This document shows, one piece after another, positions 1-10,004 of a stretch of DNA of 64,000 bases (the stretch's first letter is position 1; every line of letters begins with the position of its first letter). A model generated the notes under the pieces. That model saw only the letters and a program-made list of their open reading frames with translations. It did not search any database and had not been told where the DNA came from. The DNA comes from Halorarum halobium (GTDB lineage: Archaea > Halobacteriota > Halobacteria > Halobacteriales > Haloferacaceae): positions 3,224,001 to 3,288,000 of the forward strand of contig NZ_CP134949.1 in assembly GCF_032116555.1 (NCBI RefSeq), in the 5' to 3' direction. The position numbers and the translations under genes were made by a program.

Positions 1-910
1 GCTCGTCGCGGCAAACACCGACGTCCAGCACCTCGTGAACATCGAGGCGGACACGAAGATCCTCATCGGCCAGGACAAGACGAAGGGTCGCGGCGCCGGC
101 TCGCTCCCCCAGGTCGGCGAGGAGGCGGCCATCGAGTCCCAGGAGGAGATCCGCGACTCCATCTCCGGCTCGGACATGGTGTTCGTCACGGCCGGCCTCG
201 GCGGCGGCACCGGCACCGGCTCGGCACCCGTCGTCGCCAAGGCGGCCCGCGAGATCGGCGCGCTCACCATCGCCATCGTCACGACGCCGTTCACCGCGGA
301 GGGTGAGGTCCGGCGGACGAACGCCGAGGCGGGGCTCGAACGACTCCGCGACGTCGCGGACACGGTCATCGTCGTCCCGAACGACCGGCTCCTCGACGCG
401 GTCGGGAAGCTCCCCGTCCGGCAGGCGTTCAAGATCTCCGACGAGGTGCTGATGCGCTCGGTGAAGGGCATCACGGAGCTCATCACCAAGCCCGGCCTCG
501 TCAATCTCGACTTCGCCGACGTCCGCACCGTGATGGAGAAGGGCGGCGTCGCCATGATCGGCCTCGGCGAGTCCGACTCGGACACGAAGGCCCAGGAGTC
601 CGTCCAGTCGGCCCTCCGGTCCCCCCTGCTCGACGTCGACATCTCCGGCGCGAACTCCGCGCTCGTCAACGTCACCGGCGGCTCGGACATGAGCATCGAG
701 GAGGCGGAGGGCGTCGTCGAGGAGATCTACGACCGGATCGATCCCGACGCGCGCATCATCTGGGGGACGTCCATCGACGAGGAACTCGACGGCACGATGC
801 GGACGATGATCGTCGTCACGGGCGTCGAGTCGCCCCAGATCTACGGGCGCAACGACGCGGCGCAGGCGAAGGCGGAACGGAAGCTCGAGGACATCGACTA
901 CGTCGAATAG
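1..910 (+). CDS. ftsZ: Cell division protein FtsZ (FtsZ1 type), 5' end lies outside the window
   Basis: Tubulin signature [16 protein letters not shown] motif and acidic tail LEDIDYVE; lies upstream of secE-spt5 as usual in archaea. Confidence 0.97.
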   Translation, partial: LVAANTDVQHLVNIEADTKILIGQDKTKGRGAGSLPQVGEEAAIESQEEIRDSISGSDMVFVTAGLGGGTGTGSAPVVAKAAREIGALTIAIVTTPFTAEGEVRRTNAEAGLERLRDVADTVIVVPNDRLLDAVGKLPVRQAFKISDEVLMRSVKGITELITKPGLVNLDFADVRTVMEKGGVAMIGLGESDSDTKAQESVQSALRSPLLDVDISGANSALVNVTGGSDMSIEEAEGVVEEIYDRIDPDARIIWGTSIDEELDGTMRTMIVVTGVESPQIYGRNDAAQAKAERKLEDIDYVE

Positions 911-997
911 TCGTTCGCGCTTTCTGTCCCATTTTCTTCCGTGCTGGTTCCCCCACAGCGGCGGGTGGACTGCCACTGGTAGACTTGGATGCCTGTG

Positions 998-1270
998 ACG
1001 ACCGCGAAAGCCCCCGCGGCCCCTTTCAGTCCCACCCGTCGGTTGGTCGGCCGAACGTCGCAGGCCTGACTACCGCTCGTGCCGCGGTGGGTAGTCCACC
1101 GGAGCGTTCACCCGGATGGCTGGCGAGTGCGTCGGCAGCAGGGGTGCGGTCGGCGCGTCCTGGCGGTGGGCGCGCGTGACGCGAACCCCCTTGTGGGGTG
1201 AGTCGACGCGCGCGAGGGGTGAGCATCGCAGCGAGCCTGCGAGCGAGAAGCGCAAGCGGTTGGGGAGGGA
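998..1270. repeat. Haloarchaeal palindromic intergenic element (minimal module A plus inverted module B)
   Basis: GAAAGCCCCC-GC-GGCCCCTTTCAGTCCCACC at 1006-1036; about 1165-1270 matches the module seen at about 20895-21130. Confidence 0.75.
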
Positions 1271-1439
1271 GAGGCCCTCCTAGGTCAAGCAGTAGTGGTC
1301 TGCTTGTCCACACTGACACTCCGCGTAGCGACTCCCGTGCTCAGTATCAGGACGCAACGAGTTCTAACACCCCCGAACGACCCACGCCGAGGAGGATTGC
1401 AACAGATATAGAAGCCACGGCGCAGTATCCCCGCCAACG

Positions 1440-1613
1440 ATGGACGTCAAGTACGACCTGACCAGCTACGTGCGGGTGCTCAAGCTGGCGAGCACGCCGG
1501 CATGGGGGGAGTTCTCCCAGGTCGCAAAGATCGCCGGCGCGGGCATCTTCCTCGTCGGGTTCCTCGGGTTCGTCATCTTCGCGGTCATGTCCTTCCTCCC
1601 GGGAGGTGTCTGA
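1440..1613 (+). CDS. secE: Protein translocase subunit SecE/Sec61-gamma (57 aa, absent from the ORF track)
   Basis: Manual translation [47 protein letters not shown]...; lies between ftsZ and spt5. Confidence 0.95.
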   Translation: MDVKYDLTSYVRVLKLASTPAWGEFSQVAKIAGAGIFLVGFLGFVIFAVMSFLPGGV

Positions 1614-1614
1614 G

Positions 1615-2070
1615 TTGCCGATCTACTCGGTGAAGACGACGGCGAGCCAGGAGCGCACCGTCGCGGACATGATCGCCAGCAAGGAGATGCCGGAGATCCA
1701 CGCCGTGCTCGCGCCCGATCAGCTCACGAGCTACGTGCTCGTCGAGGCCGACGACGACTCGATCATCCGGCGCGTGCTGGAGGAGGTCCCCCACGCCCGC
1801 GGGCTCGTCGAGGGCCCCGACGGCGAGGCGGGCCGCTCGTCGATGTCCGAGGTCGAGCACTTCCTCTCGCCGACGCCGGACGTCGAGGGCATCGCGGAGG
1901 GCGACATCGTCGAACTCATCGCGGGGCCGTTCAAGGGCGAGAAGGCGCAGGTCCAGCGCATCGACGAGGGCAAGGACCAGGTGACCGTCGAACTGTACGA
2001 GGCGACCGTCCCCATTCCGGTGACGGTGCGTGGCGACCAGATCCGCGTGCTCGACTCGGACGAGCGGTAG
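1615..2070 (+). CDS. spt5: Transcription elongation factor Spt5/NusG (probable TTG start; alternative GTG at 1606)
   Basis: NGN domain [11 protein letters not shown] and KOW motif [16 protein letters not shown]. Confidence 0.95.
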   Translation: MPIYSVKTTASQERTVADMIASKEMPEIHAVLAPDQLTSYVLVEADDDSIIRRVLEEVPHARGLVEGPDGEAGRSSMSEVEHFLSPTPDVEGIAEGDIVELIAGPFKGEKAQVQRIDEGKDQVTVELYEATVPIPVTVRGDQIRVLDSDER

Positions 2071-2105
2071 AGCCTCCGGACGGACCCGACACCGATTTTC
2101 CGGCG

Positions 2106-2402
2106 CTACACCGCCGTGTCGATGCGGTTGACGACCGACTCGATGTCGACCTCGTCCTCGATCTCCTCTTTCACCCGCTCGCGCTTCCGGACCGCGTCCG
2201 AGTCGGCGTCGTACGAGCGGACGAACTCGGCGCGGGTGTGTTCGTCGAACGCGTGTCGGATGGCGAAGTAGCCGTCCGGCACGACCGTTCCACAGACCTT
2301 GCACTCGTGGCGCTCGTGGCGTTCGGTCTGGTGGATGATCGCGTCCTCGACGGCGTCGAACGAGTCCCCACAGCCATCGATCGCGCAGGCCCACCTCGGC
2401 AT
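2106..2402 (-). CDS. Small conserved haloarchaeal zinc-finger protein
   Basis: MPRWAC..GC...H....H and CKVC...H....H Cys/His ligands; acidic composition. Confidence 0.75.
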   Translation of the reverse strand: MPRWACAIDGCGDSFDAVEDAIIHQTERHERHECKVCGTVVPDGYFAIRHAFDEHTRAEFVRSYDADSDAVRKRERVKEEIEDEVDIESVVNRIDTAV

Positions 2403-2490
2403 ACGAGCCCCGACGCCCGGGGAGCGCAAAAGCGTTTCCCGGATCGCCGAAAACGGAACCACTAACGGGGGTGACGATGTTTCACCGCGT

Positions 2491-3252
2491 GTGAGCGACG
2501 CAGCGACCAGGGTCGATCTCCACGTGAAAGTGCTCGACGAGCGCGTCGTCGAGCGCGCCCGCGAGGCGGGGGTCGACGTGCTGGTGTACGCGCCACACTT
2601 CACGCGACTTCCCCGGATCCGTGCCCGCGCCGAGCGCTACTCCACCGACGAGGTGACGGTCGTCCCGGCCCGCGAGGTGTTCACCGGCGACTGGCGGAAC
2701 CGTCGCCACCTCCTCGGCATCGGGCTCTCCGACCCGATTCCAGACTTCATCACCTACGAGGCGGCCCTCGCCGAGTTCGAGCGACAGGACGCGGCGATCC
2801 TCGTCCCCCACCCCGAGTTCCTGAACGTGAGCCTCACCCGCGCCGAGGTGAGCGCCTACCGCGACCGGATTCACGCCGTCGAGACGTACAACGCGAAGCT
2901 GTTCGACCCGCAGAACTCCCGCGGCCGGCGGATCTCGGAGCTGTTCGACACCCCCGGGTTCGGCTCCTCGTACGCCCACCTCCGGGGCACCATCGGCGCG
3001 GCGTGGACGGAGTTCGAGCGCGACGTTCGCGGCGAGGACGGACTCGTCGATGCGCTCCGCGACCGCGTCGACCGGACGGTCGTGAAACAGACCGACCCGG
3101 CGACGACCGCGCGCCGCCTGGTGGAGTTCGCCCACCTCGGCTTCGAGAACAGCTACGGGAAACTGGATCGCCTCTTCCTCTCGGGAATGGAGCCGACGAA
3201 CCCCAGACACATCGCCTACAGCGGCCGGTTCGACGACGTGGCGGTGTACTGA
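2491..3252 (+). CDS. PHP-like metal-dependent hydrolase domain protein
   Basis: VDLHVK, VPHP, VETYN and GSSYAH motifs resemble a PHP fold. Confidence 0.75.
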   Translation: MSDAATRVDLHVKVLDERVVERAREAGVDVLVYAPHFTRLPRIRARAERYSTDEVTVVPAREVFTGDWRNRRHLLGIGLSDPIPDFITYEAALAEFERQDAAILVPHPEFLNVSLTRAEVSAYRDRIHAVETYNAKLFDPQNSRGRRISELFDTPGFGSSYAHLRGTIGAAWTEFERDVRGEDGLVDALRDRVDRTVVKQTDPATTARRLVEFAHLGFENSYGKLDRLFLSGMEPTNPRHIAYSGRFDDVAVY

Positions 3253-3364
3253 CCCGAGACGTCACCCTCCGACGTTGAGGTGTACTGACCCGAGACGTCA
3301 CCCTCCGACGTTGAGGTGTACTGACCCGAGACGTCACCCTCCGACGTTGAGGTGTACTGACCCG
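3243..3364. repeat. Perfect 36-bp tandem repeat (3 copies plus 14 bp)
   Basis: GGTGTACTGACCCGAGACGTCACCCTCCGACGTTGA at 3243, 3279 and 3315, partial at 3351. Confidence 0.95.
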
Positions 3365-3384
3365 GGCGTCGGCGGTTCGTTCGG

Positions 3385-3900
3385 TCAGACCGATTCGACC
3401 GCATCGAGCAGGTCCGCGAGCGCCCGCCGTGCGATCTGCTCCTTGATCGCCGTCCTGCTCCCGTCGAACTCGTAGCGAGAGACGGTCGCGCCGCTCTCGC
3501 CGGTCCCCCAGTCGCCGCGCCGGGCGACGCCGACGAACACCGTCCCGACCGGCTTTGCCGCCGTTCCGCCGTCCGGGCCGGCGATGCCGGTCGTCGAGAG
3601 CCCCCAGTCGGTCCCGGCCGTATCACGGACGCCCCGCGCCATCGCCAGGGCGACGGCCTCGGAGACCGCACCCGCGCCGTCGAGGTGTTCCCGCTGGACC
3701 GCCAGTTCGGTCAGTTTCGCGTCGTAGGAGTAGGTCACGACCGAGCGGTCGAAGTAGTCGCTCGAACCCGGGACGTCGGTCAACAGCGACCCGATCAGCC
3801 CCCCGGTACAGGATTCGGCGGCGGCGACGGTCGCGCCCGCCTCCCGGAGCACGCCGCCGACGCGCTCCTCCACGGGCGGGTCGTCCGCGAACTCGCGCAT
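3385..3900 (-). CDS. cinA: CinA C-terminal/PncC-like nicotinamide-nucleotide amidohydrolase
   Basis: AESCTGG, PGSSDYF, GAVSE and TGIAGP motifs. Confidence 0.9.
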   Translation of the reverse strand: MREFADDPPVEERVGGVLREAGATVAAAESCTGGLIGSLLTDVPGSSDYFDRSVVTYSYDAKLTELAVQREHLDGAGAVSEAVALAMARGVRDTAGTDWGLSTTGIAGPDGGTAAKPVGTVFVGVARRGDWGTGESGATVSRYEFDGSRTAIKEQIARRALADLLDAVESV

Positions 3901-4051
3901 GATTGGGCTTCGTCGGGTCGAGCCAAATAGCCGACGGACGGTATGGAAGGGTTCTCGCGCTCGGGGGCTCCGGGCTGGCGGCGGCGCTCTCGCCGATCCC
4001 GTCGCTGCCGCGACCGCGGGAGTAAAGGGGGCAGCGGGCCGAGCGCGGGGT

Positions 4052-5152
4052 GTGAACTACGAGCGGCCGCAGTTCTTCCACCTGATGCAGTACGCCAGGC
4101 GGGCCGAGCGCGACGTGGTGGACATGGTGTCGGGCAACCCCGACTGGGAGCCGCCGGCCGCGTTGCGGGACGGTCTCCGCGAGTACGCAGACGTGGAGCC
4201 CGACGAGTTCCAGTACCCGCCGAGCGAGGGGCTGCTGGAGCTCCGCGAGGAGATCGCCGCGCGGCGGAACGTCTCGCCCGACCGGGTCGTCGTCACGAAC
4301 GGCACGGGCGAGGCGAACTACCTGGCGATGGCGGCGGCGCTGGATCGGGGGGCCGGCTCGGAGGTGCTCCTCACCGACCCCGTCTACCCGTACTACCCCG
4401 GCAAGACGGAACTGCTCGGCGGGGAGATGACGCTGGTGCCGACCGAACGCGACGGCTCCATCGACCCCGAGCGCTTCCGCGAAGCGGCCAGCGGGGAGAC
4501 GGGGCTGATCCTCGTCAACACGCCGAACAACCCGACCGGCGCGGTGTACTCGCGCGCGACGATGCGGGAACTCGCGGCGCTCGCGGAGGAGGTGGACGCG
4601 ACGCTGGTCTCGGACGAGGTGTACGACCACTTCGATTTCACCGGCGAGTTCGAGTCGGCCCTGACGCTCGATTCGGACCGAACCATCGTCACCGCCGGCT
4701 TCTCGAAGTCGCTCGCCATCACCGGCTTCCGCGTCGGCTACGCGGTGCTCCCCGGGGACATGGTCGGCGGGGCGAAGACCCGCCACATGCTCGTCAACGT
4801 CGCCACCTCGCGGCCGCCCCAGGTCGCCGTGTTGCGGGCGCTCCGCGAGACCGACCCGGAGTACTACGAGGACGTCCGCTCGCTGCTCCGCGAGCGGGTG
4901 GACACGTTCACCGAGGCCCTCGACGCCGCGGGCGCGGAGTACACCCGACCCGACGGCGCGTTCTACGTGCTCGCCCGGTTCGACGGCTTCCCCGGAACGA
5001 TGGCGAACGCGGAGCGACTGGTCGAGGAGGCCGGCGTCGCGGGGATGCCGGGCGAGACCTTCGGCTCCGCGCGCGACGAGTGGCTCCGGTTCGCGCTGGT
5101 CACGCCGCGCGTGGAGGAGGCGGCGACGCGACTGGCCGACTACTTCGCGTAG
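4052..5152 (+). CDS. PLP-dependent aminotransferase, class I/II
   Basis: NTPNNPTG, SDEVYD and FSKSLAITGFRVGY (PLP lysine). Confidence 0.92.
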   Translation: MNYERPQFFHLMQYARRAERDVVDMVSGNPDWEPPAALRDGLREYADVEPDEFQYPPSEGLLELREEIAARRNVSPDRVVVTNGTGEANYLAMAAALDRGAGSEVLLTDPVYPYYPGKTELLGGEMTLVPTERDGSIDPERFREAASGETGLILVNTPNNPTGAVYSRATMRELAALAEEVDATLVSDEVYDHFDFTGEFESALTLDSDRTIVTAGFSKSLAITGFRVGYAVLPGDMVGGAKTRHMLVNVATSRPPQVAVLRALRETDPEYYEDVRSLLRERVDTFTEALDAAGAEYTRPDGAFYVLARFDGFPGTMANAERLVEEAGVAGMPGETFGSARDEWLRFALVTPRVEEAATRLADYFA

Positions 5153-5389
5153 TCCCGATTCGTCGGTCACGCCCGGCTCGTCGGTCCTTTTTCCGGCTCG
5201 GACCCGCGAGGGCCTACCCGGACTGTCGGTCCCGCCCGCCCCGGGACCAGGAGCGTCCGGCACGGGGTGGTCCCGGTTTCGTACTTCAACGTTCGCGTCG
5301 ACGGCCGCCCGTGTTCCACCCCGCCCCGCGGCCGACGGATCCGCCTAGCGACCAACGGATAGACAAGCACTCCCGCACGAGACCCGGCC

Positions 5390-6577
5390 ATGAACGACAT
5401 CGACGTCGAAGCGGTCGAGGAGATCGACGACGGGGACGAGCCGCCGGATCCGGTCGTGCAGGGGGACACCGACCGAGCGCTCGACGTGGCTCCCGGGGCG
5501 GCGGCAGACGCGCCGGAGTACGTGCTTTACGGCGGGAAGGGCGGCGTCGGGAAGACGACCTGCGCCGCCGCGACCGCGCTGGCCAGCGCCGCCGGTGGGA
5601 CGGCGACGCTCGTCGTCTCGACCGACCCGGCCCACTCGCTGTCGGACACGCTGGGGGTCGACATCCCCGCCCGACCGTCGCGGGTCCGCGAGGACGTGCC
5701 GCTGTACGCCGCCGAGATCGACCCCGACGAGGCGATGGAGGCGGGGCTGTTCGGCGGGGAAGCCGGGACGGCGGCGGGCGCGAACGGGGAGAACGGACCC
5801 GCCGACGGGAGCGCGGGGGGCGCGGGCACGGGGCCGGACGCGGCCGCCGGCGAGAACCCGCTGGGCGGGCTCGGCGGGATGGGCGAGGCGCTGGAGGACG
5901 GGCCGATGGGCGCGATGCTCGGCGGGACGATGCCGGGCGCCGACGAGGCTGCCGCGATGCGCCAGTTGCTCGAACACCTCGACGACCCGCAGTTCGATCG
6001 GGTCGTCGTCGACACCGCGCCGACGGGGCACACGCTCCGCCTGCTCCAGTTGCCCGAACTGCTCGATTCGATGGTCGGCCGACTGATGAAGCTCCGCCAG
6101 CAGTTCGGCGGGATGATGGACGGCCTGAAGGGGATGTTCGGGATGGGCGAGGGCGGTCCCGAGGAGCCCGACCTGGACGAACTGAAGGATCGGATCGAGC
6201 GCCTGCGGTCGGTGTTACGGGACCCGACGAGGACCGACTTCCGGGTCGTGATGGTGCCCGAGGAGATGAGCGTCCTCGAGTCCGAGCGGCTGGTCGAGCG
6301 CCTCGACGAGTTCGAGATCCCGGTGGGGACGCTCGTGGTGAACCGGGTGATGGAGGACCCGAGCGACGTCGCCGGCGACGCCATCGAGGCGGAGTGGGTC
6401 GTGACGCCGAACCTCGACACGTGCGAGTTCTGCCAGCGACGCTGGGACGTCCAGCAGAACGCCCTCGCCGGGGCGACGGACCTGTTCCGCGGACGCGACG
6501 TGAAACGGGTCCCGCTGCTCGCCGACGAAGTTCGGGGGGAGGACGCGCTCCGGGTCGTCGCAGCCTGTCTGGCCTAA
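5390..6577 (+). CDS. ArsA/Get3 (TRC40) family ATPase
   Basis: GGKGGVGKTT, STDPAHSLSD, DTAPTGHT and a C-terminal CEFC. Confidence 0.93.
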   Translation: MNDIDVEAVEEIDDGDEPPDPVVQGDTDRALDVAPGAAADAPEYVLYGGKGGVGKTTCAAATALASAAGGTATLVVSTDPAHSLSDTLGVDIPARPSRVREDVPLYAAEIDPDEAMEAGLFGGEAGTAAGANGENGPADGSAGGAGTGPDAAAGENPLGGLGGMGEALEDGPMGAMLGGTMPGADEAAAMRQLLEHLDDPQFDRVVVDTAPTGHTLRLLQLPELLDSMVGRLMKLRQQFGGMMDGLKGMFGMGEGGPEEPDLDELKDRIERLRSVLRDPTRTDFRVVMVPEEMSVLESERLVERLDEFEIPVGTLVVNRVMEDPSDVAGDAIEAEWVVTPNLDTCEFCQRRWDVQQNALAGATDLFRGRDVKRVPLLADEVRGEDALRVVAACLA

Positions 6578-6843
6578 CCGTCCGCCAGTTCGGCGGCCAG
6601 TTCCCGCGCGGCGGCGACGTGCTCGTCCGCCTCGTCGTTCCCGGTTCCGTCGATTTCGGCCAGCAGGTCCCGGACGTGTCCCGCTCGTTCGCGGACGACG
6701 TCGGGGTCGGCGGGCCGCTCGACGAGGTCGCGGGCGACCGCTTCGGCCTCCCCGAGGTACGCGCTCGCCTCGCGCTCGACCGGGAGTTCCGCGGTCGATT
6801 CGAGACGGTCGTGGAGGTCGCGCAGCCGTTCGTCGTCGGTCAT
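6574..6843 (-). CDS. Hypothetical acidic protein
   Basis: 89-aa acidic ORF with typical haloarchaeal composition. Confidence 0.7.
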   Translation of the reverse strand: MTDDERLRDLHDRLESTAELPVEREASAYLGEAEAVARDLVERPADPDVVRERAGHVRDLLAEIDGTGNDEADEHVAAARELAAELADG

Positions 6844-6906
6844 TCTCGGCGTCCGTCGGTCATCGGGGTTCGTCGGTCATCGGTGTCCTCGTCTCCCGCT
6901 CGGGTG

Positions 6907-7731
6907 TCATCCAAGTCTCCGCGCCAGCGACCAGATCCCGTCGACGAGCCAGGTCGGGAGGTAGCGCCCGATCTCGCCGGCCCTGGCGACCGGGCCGACC
7001 GGGTAGCGCGCGGCCGGCTTCGTCGCGCTGGCGGCGTTGAGCACGTCCTCGGCGACGCGTTCGGGCGGCACCGCGCCGACGCCGCTCCCGCCGACGGCGT
7101 CGTAGTCCTCGTACAGCGAGTAGAGCGACTCGTACGCGCCGGAGCGGTCGAGTCCGTCGAGTTCGTCGGCGACGCGCTCCTCGAACATGCTGTCGACCGG
7201 GCCGGGCTCGACGAGCGCGACGTCGATGCCGTACTCGTCGACCTCGTTCCGGAGCGCGTCGGTCAGCCCCTCGAGGGCGAACTTGGAGCCGGCGTAGACC
7301 CCGGTGCCGGGGACGGCGACCCGGCCGAGCACGCTGGAGACGTTGACGATGGTGCCGTTCTCGCGGCGGCGCATCGCCGGCAACACGGCTTTGATGAGTC
7401 GGTGCGGGCCGAACACGTTCACGTCGAACTGCGCCCGGGCGGCCCCGGTCGTCACGTCCTCGACGACGCCGAGCTGGCCGAAGCCGGCGTTGTTGACGAG
7501 ACAGTCGATTCGCCCCGTCTCGTCGAGCACCCGGTCGACGACGCGCTCGACGTCGCCGTCGTCGGTCACGTCGAGCGTCCCGATCCGGCAGCCCTCACGC
7601 TCGCCCAGCGTCTCGATGTCGGCGGGGTTCCGGGCCGTCGCGTACACCGTCCACTCCTCGTCGAGAAACGCCTCCGCCGACGCCCGCCCGATGCCCGACG
7701 AGCAGCCGGTGATGAGGACCGTCCGTTCCAT
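6907..7731 (-). CDS. Short-chain dehydrogenase/reductase
   Basis: TGCSSGIG, NNAG and YAGSK catalytic motif. Confidence 0.93.
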   Translation of the reverse strand: MERTVLITGCSSGIGRASAEAFLDEEWTVYATARNPADIETLGEREGCRIGTLDVTDDGDVERVVDRVLDETGRIDCLVNNAGFGQLGVVEDVTTGAARAQFDVNVFGPHRLIKAVLPAMRRRENGTIVNVSSVLGRVAVPGTGVYAGSKFALEGLTDALRNEVDEYGIDVALVEPGPVDSMFEERVADELDGLDRSGAYESLYSLYEDYDAVGGSGVGAVPPERVAEDVLNAASATKPAARYPVGPVARAGEIGRYLPTWLVDGIWSLARRLG

Positions 7732-8197
7732 GTGCTCACGTCCGTCCGGGGGGTGATAACTTTCGGCGTCTCGCGGGTCGTGGGTATGGTTCGCTGGGTG
7801 TTAATCTGTCTTCGGAGCTATCGTGGCAGTATATTCGGACACTGGTTCTGGCGTGGAGACGCACGCTTCGAAGGGTTCCGTGACAACTCCGTGCATGGTT
7901 GGGTCGGTTGTCGTGACGACCGCCTCGAACGTCCCGCCGGTTGTTGCTTCTGGGTCCGTTCGGCGATCATGCCGACCGCCTCGAAAGCGACGGCCGGGAC
8001 AGTATCGAAGGCAGCACGCCCGGGGCCGAGAGGTGCGAGAGTATTCGGCGACTGCTACTCGACGAACCAACTACCACCAGATCCGAACGCCCCGGAGCAG
8101 TTCGAGAACGACCAGAACTCGCACCATCCTCCCCGAGGAGCCGACGACCTTCGATTCGGAGGCAACTCCTATTACCGGCCCCCGGCAAGGGCGGGTA

Positions 8198-9121
8198 ATG
8201 GCGAGATGCGACGCGTGCGGCGAGTACGAGAGCATGCCGTACCAGTGTCGCCGCTGCGGGCAGACGTTCTGTTCGGAACACCGACTCCCCGAGAACCACG
8301 ACTGTCCCGGACTCGGCGACTGGAACGACCCCGGCGGCGTCTTCGACTCGGGGTTCGACGACTCGGTGAACCAGCAGGGCGGCGACTCCGGCGGCGTGAC
8401 CTCGCGGGTGGGCTCCTACGTCGAGCGACAGACCTCGACGGGCGGCGCGCTCGGGTTCTTCCGCGGCAACATGACGTTCGTGTTCCTCGGGCTGATGTGG
8501 GTGACGTTCGCCGCACAGCTGCTCGTCGGCGCGTTCGTCTCGGGGCAGCTTGAACTGGACCTCTTCGTCCTCCAGTTCGCCCACCCCGAGTACGTCTGGG
8601 CGTGGTTCACCTCCATCTTCGCGCACGGCGGCTTCACCCACATCGTGTTCAACAGCATCGTGCTGTACTTCTTCGGCCCCGTCGTGGAGCGACGGCTTGG
8701 CTCGAAGCGCTTCGCGGCGCTGTTCCTCGTCTCCGGCGCGCTCGCCGGGCTGGCACAGGTCGGCGCGACCCTCTACATGACCGGCGGCGCGCTGCCGCGC
8801 TCGCCCGGCGTCGTCGGCGCGTCGGGCGCCATCATGGCGGTCATGGGCCTGCTGACGGTGTTGCGGCCGAACCTGAAGGTGTACCTCTACTTCATCATCC
8901 CCATGCCGCTGTGGGTGCTCACCATCGGCTTTGCCGCCTTCTCCATCTTCGCGGGCCTGGGGACGTTCGGCAACGGCAACGTCGCCAACTGGGCGCACCT
9001 CGCCGGCATGGCCATTGGCCTGGCCTACGGCGCGGTGGTGAAAGGCGAGCGGACCGCTCCCGAGTCCATCCAGTTCGGCGGGCCGGGCGGACCCGGCGGC
9101 CCGGGCCGCGGTCGGTTCTGA
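8198..9121 (+). CDS. Rhomboid intramembrane serine protease with N-terminal AN1-type zinc finger
   Basis: CDAC...CRRC..FCSEHRLPENHDC; HIVFN, GASG and AHLAG motifs. Confidence 0.93.
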   Translation: MARCDACGEYESMPYQCRRCGQTFCSEHRLPENHDCPGLGDWNDPGGVFDSGFDDSVNQQGGDSGGVTSRVGSYVERQTSTGGALGFFRGNMTFVFLGLMWVTFAAQLLVGAFVSGQLELDLFVLQFAHPEYVWAWFTSIFAHGGFTHIVFNSIVLYFFGPVVERRLGSKRFAALFLVSGALAGLAQVGATLYMTGGALPRSPGVVGASGAIMAVMGLLTVLRPNLKVYLYFIIPMPLWVLTIGFAAFSIFAGLGTFGNGNVANWAHLAGMAIGLAYGAVVKGERTAPESIQFGGPGGPGGPGRGRF

Positions 9122-9964
9122 ATGCCCACCGTCGTCCGGCCGGAGTTCCGCCCCGACCCGGCGCTCTCGCGCGAGGAGATGGAGTCGCTCCAGCGCGAGG
9201 TGGCCGGGGCGGCGACGTTTCGGGACGACCTCCCGTTCGACCCCGCCGCAGTCCGCCTCGGGAACGCGAGCGTCCGGGCGGAAGGACAGCGCTCGCTCGT
9301 CGAGGATCCGGCCACCGAATCGAGCGACGACGCGGACTCGACCAGCGGGTCCGACCCGCCGCTCGTCGCCGGCGTCGACCAGGCGTTCCTCGACGACCGG
9401 GCGATCTCCGCGATCGTCGTCACGCGCGGCGCGGAGGTAGTCGAGCGCACGTACGCCGTCTCGCCGCTCGACATCCCGTACGTCCCGGGCCTGCTCGCGT
9501 TCCGCGAGGGCGGGCCGATTCTCGACGCGCTCGAAACGCTCGACGCGGAGCCTGACCTCTACGTCCTCGACGGCAGCGGTCGCGTCCACTTCCGGGAGGC
9601 CGGCATCGCGACCCACGTCGGCGTGCTGCTCGACGCGCCGGCGGTCGGCGTCGCCAAGAGCCTGCTCTGTGGCGCGCTCGGCGAGGAACCGGACGGGAGG
9701 CCGCAGGGCTGGCGAACGCCCATCACGGCGACCGAGCGCGTCTCCGCGCCGGACGGGACGGTCATCGGCTACGCCTACCAGTCGCGCCAGTACGACTCGA
9801 AGCCGGTGGTGAACCCGCTGTACGTCAGTCCCGGCCACCGCGTGAGCGCCGAGACGACGGTGGAGCTAGTCGGCGCGCTCCGTGACGGGTACAAGCTCCC
9901 GGAGCCGACGCGGCTGGCGGATTCGTACGCCGACGAGGCGAAGCGGGAGGTCCTCGGGGAGTAG
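9122..9964 (+). CDS. nfi: Endonuclease V (deoxyinosine 3' endonuclease)
   Basis: AGVD, PYVPGLLAFRE, DGSGRVH, GVAK and KLPEPTRLAD motifs. Confidence 0.93.
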   Translation: MPTVVRPEFRPDPALSREEMESLQREVAGAATFRDDLPFDPAAVRLGNASVRAEGQRSLVEDPATESSDDADSTSGSDPPLVAGVDQAFLDDRAISAIVVTRGAEVVERTYAVSPLDIPYVPGLLAFREGGPILDALETLDAEPDLYVLDGSGRVHFREAGIATHVGVLLDAPAVGVAKSLLCGALGEEPDGRPQGWRTPITATERVSAPDGTVIGYAYQSRQYDSKPVVNPLYVSPGHRVSAETTVELVGALRDGYKLPEPTRLADSYADEAKREVLGE

Positions 9965-10004
9965 TTCTCGCGGACGCGGAAGAACCGTCGCCCGGCAGCG
10001 GCCG

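Noticed and set aside
911..1439. tRNA or other known stable RNA gene in the long intergenic regions
   Set aside because: I could not recognise a cloverleaf with D and T loops or any rRNA, SRP or RNase P signature; the structure is explained by the repeat element.
3243..3364. Possible CRISPR array (36-bp repeats)
   Set aside because: The units are contiguous and identical, with no spacers, no leader and no cas genes in the window.
3943..8553. 1536-aa ORF and other long Arg/Gly/Pro-rich ORFs (e.g. 21540..23747, 35715..38408)
   Set aside because: These are shadow frames of recognisable genes in high-GC DNA, with basic low-complexity composition unlike haloarchaeal proteins.
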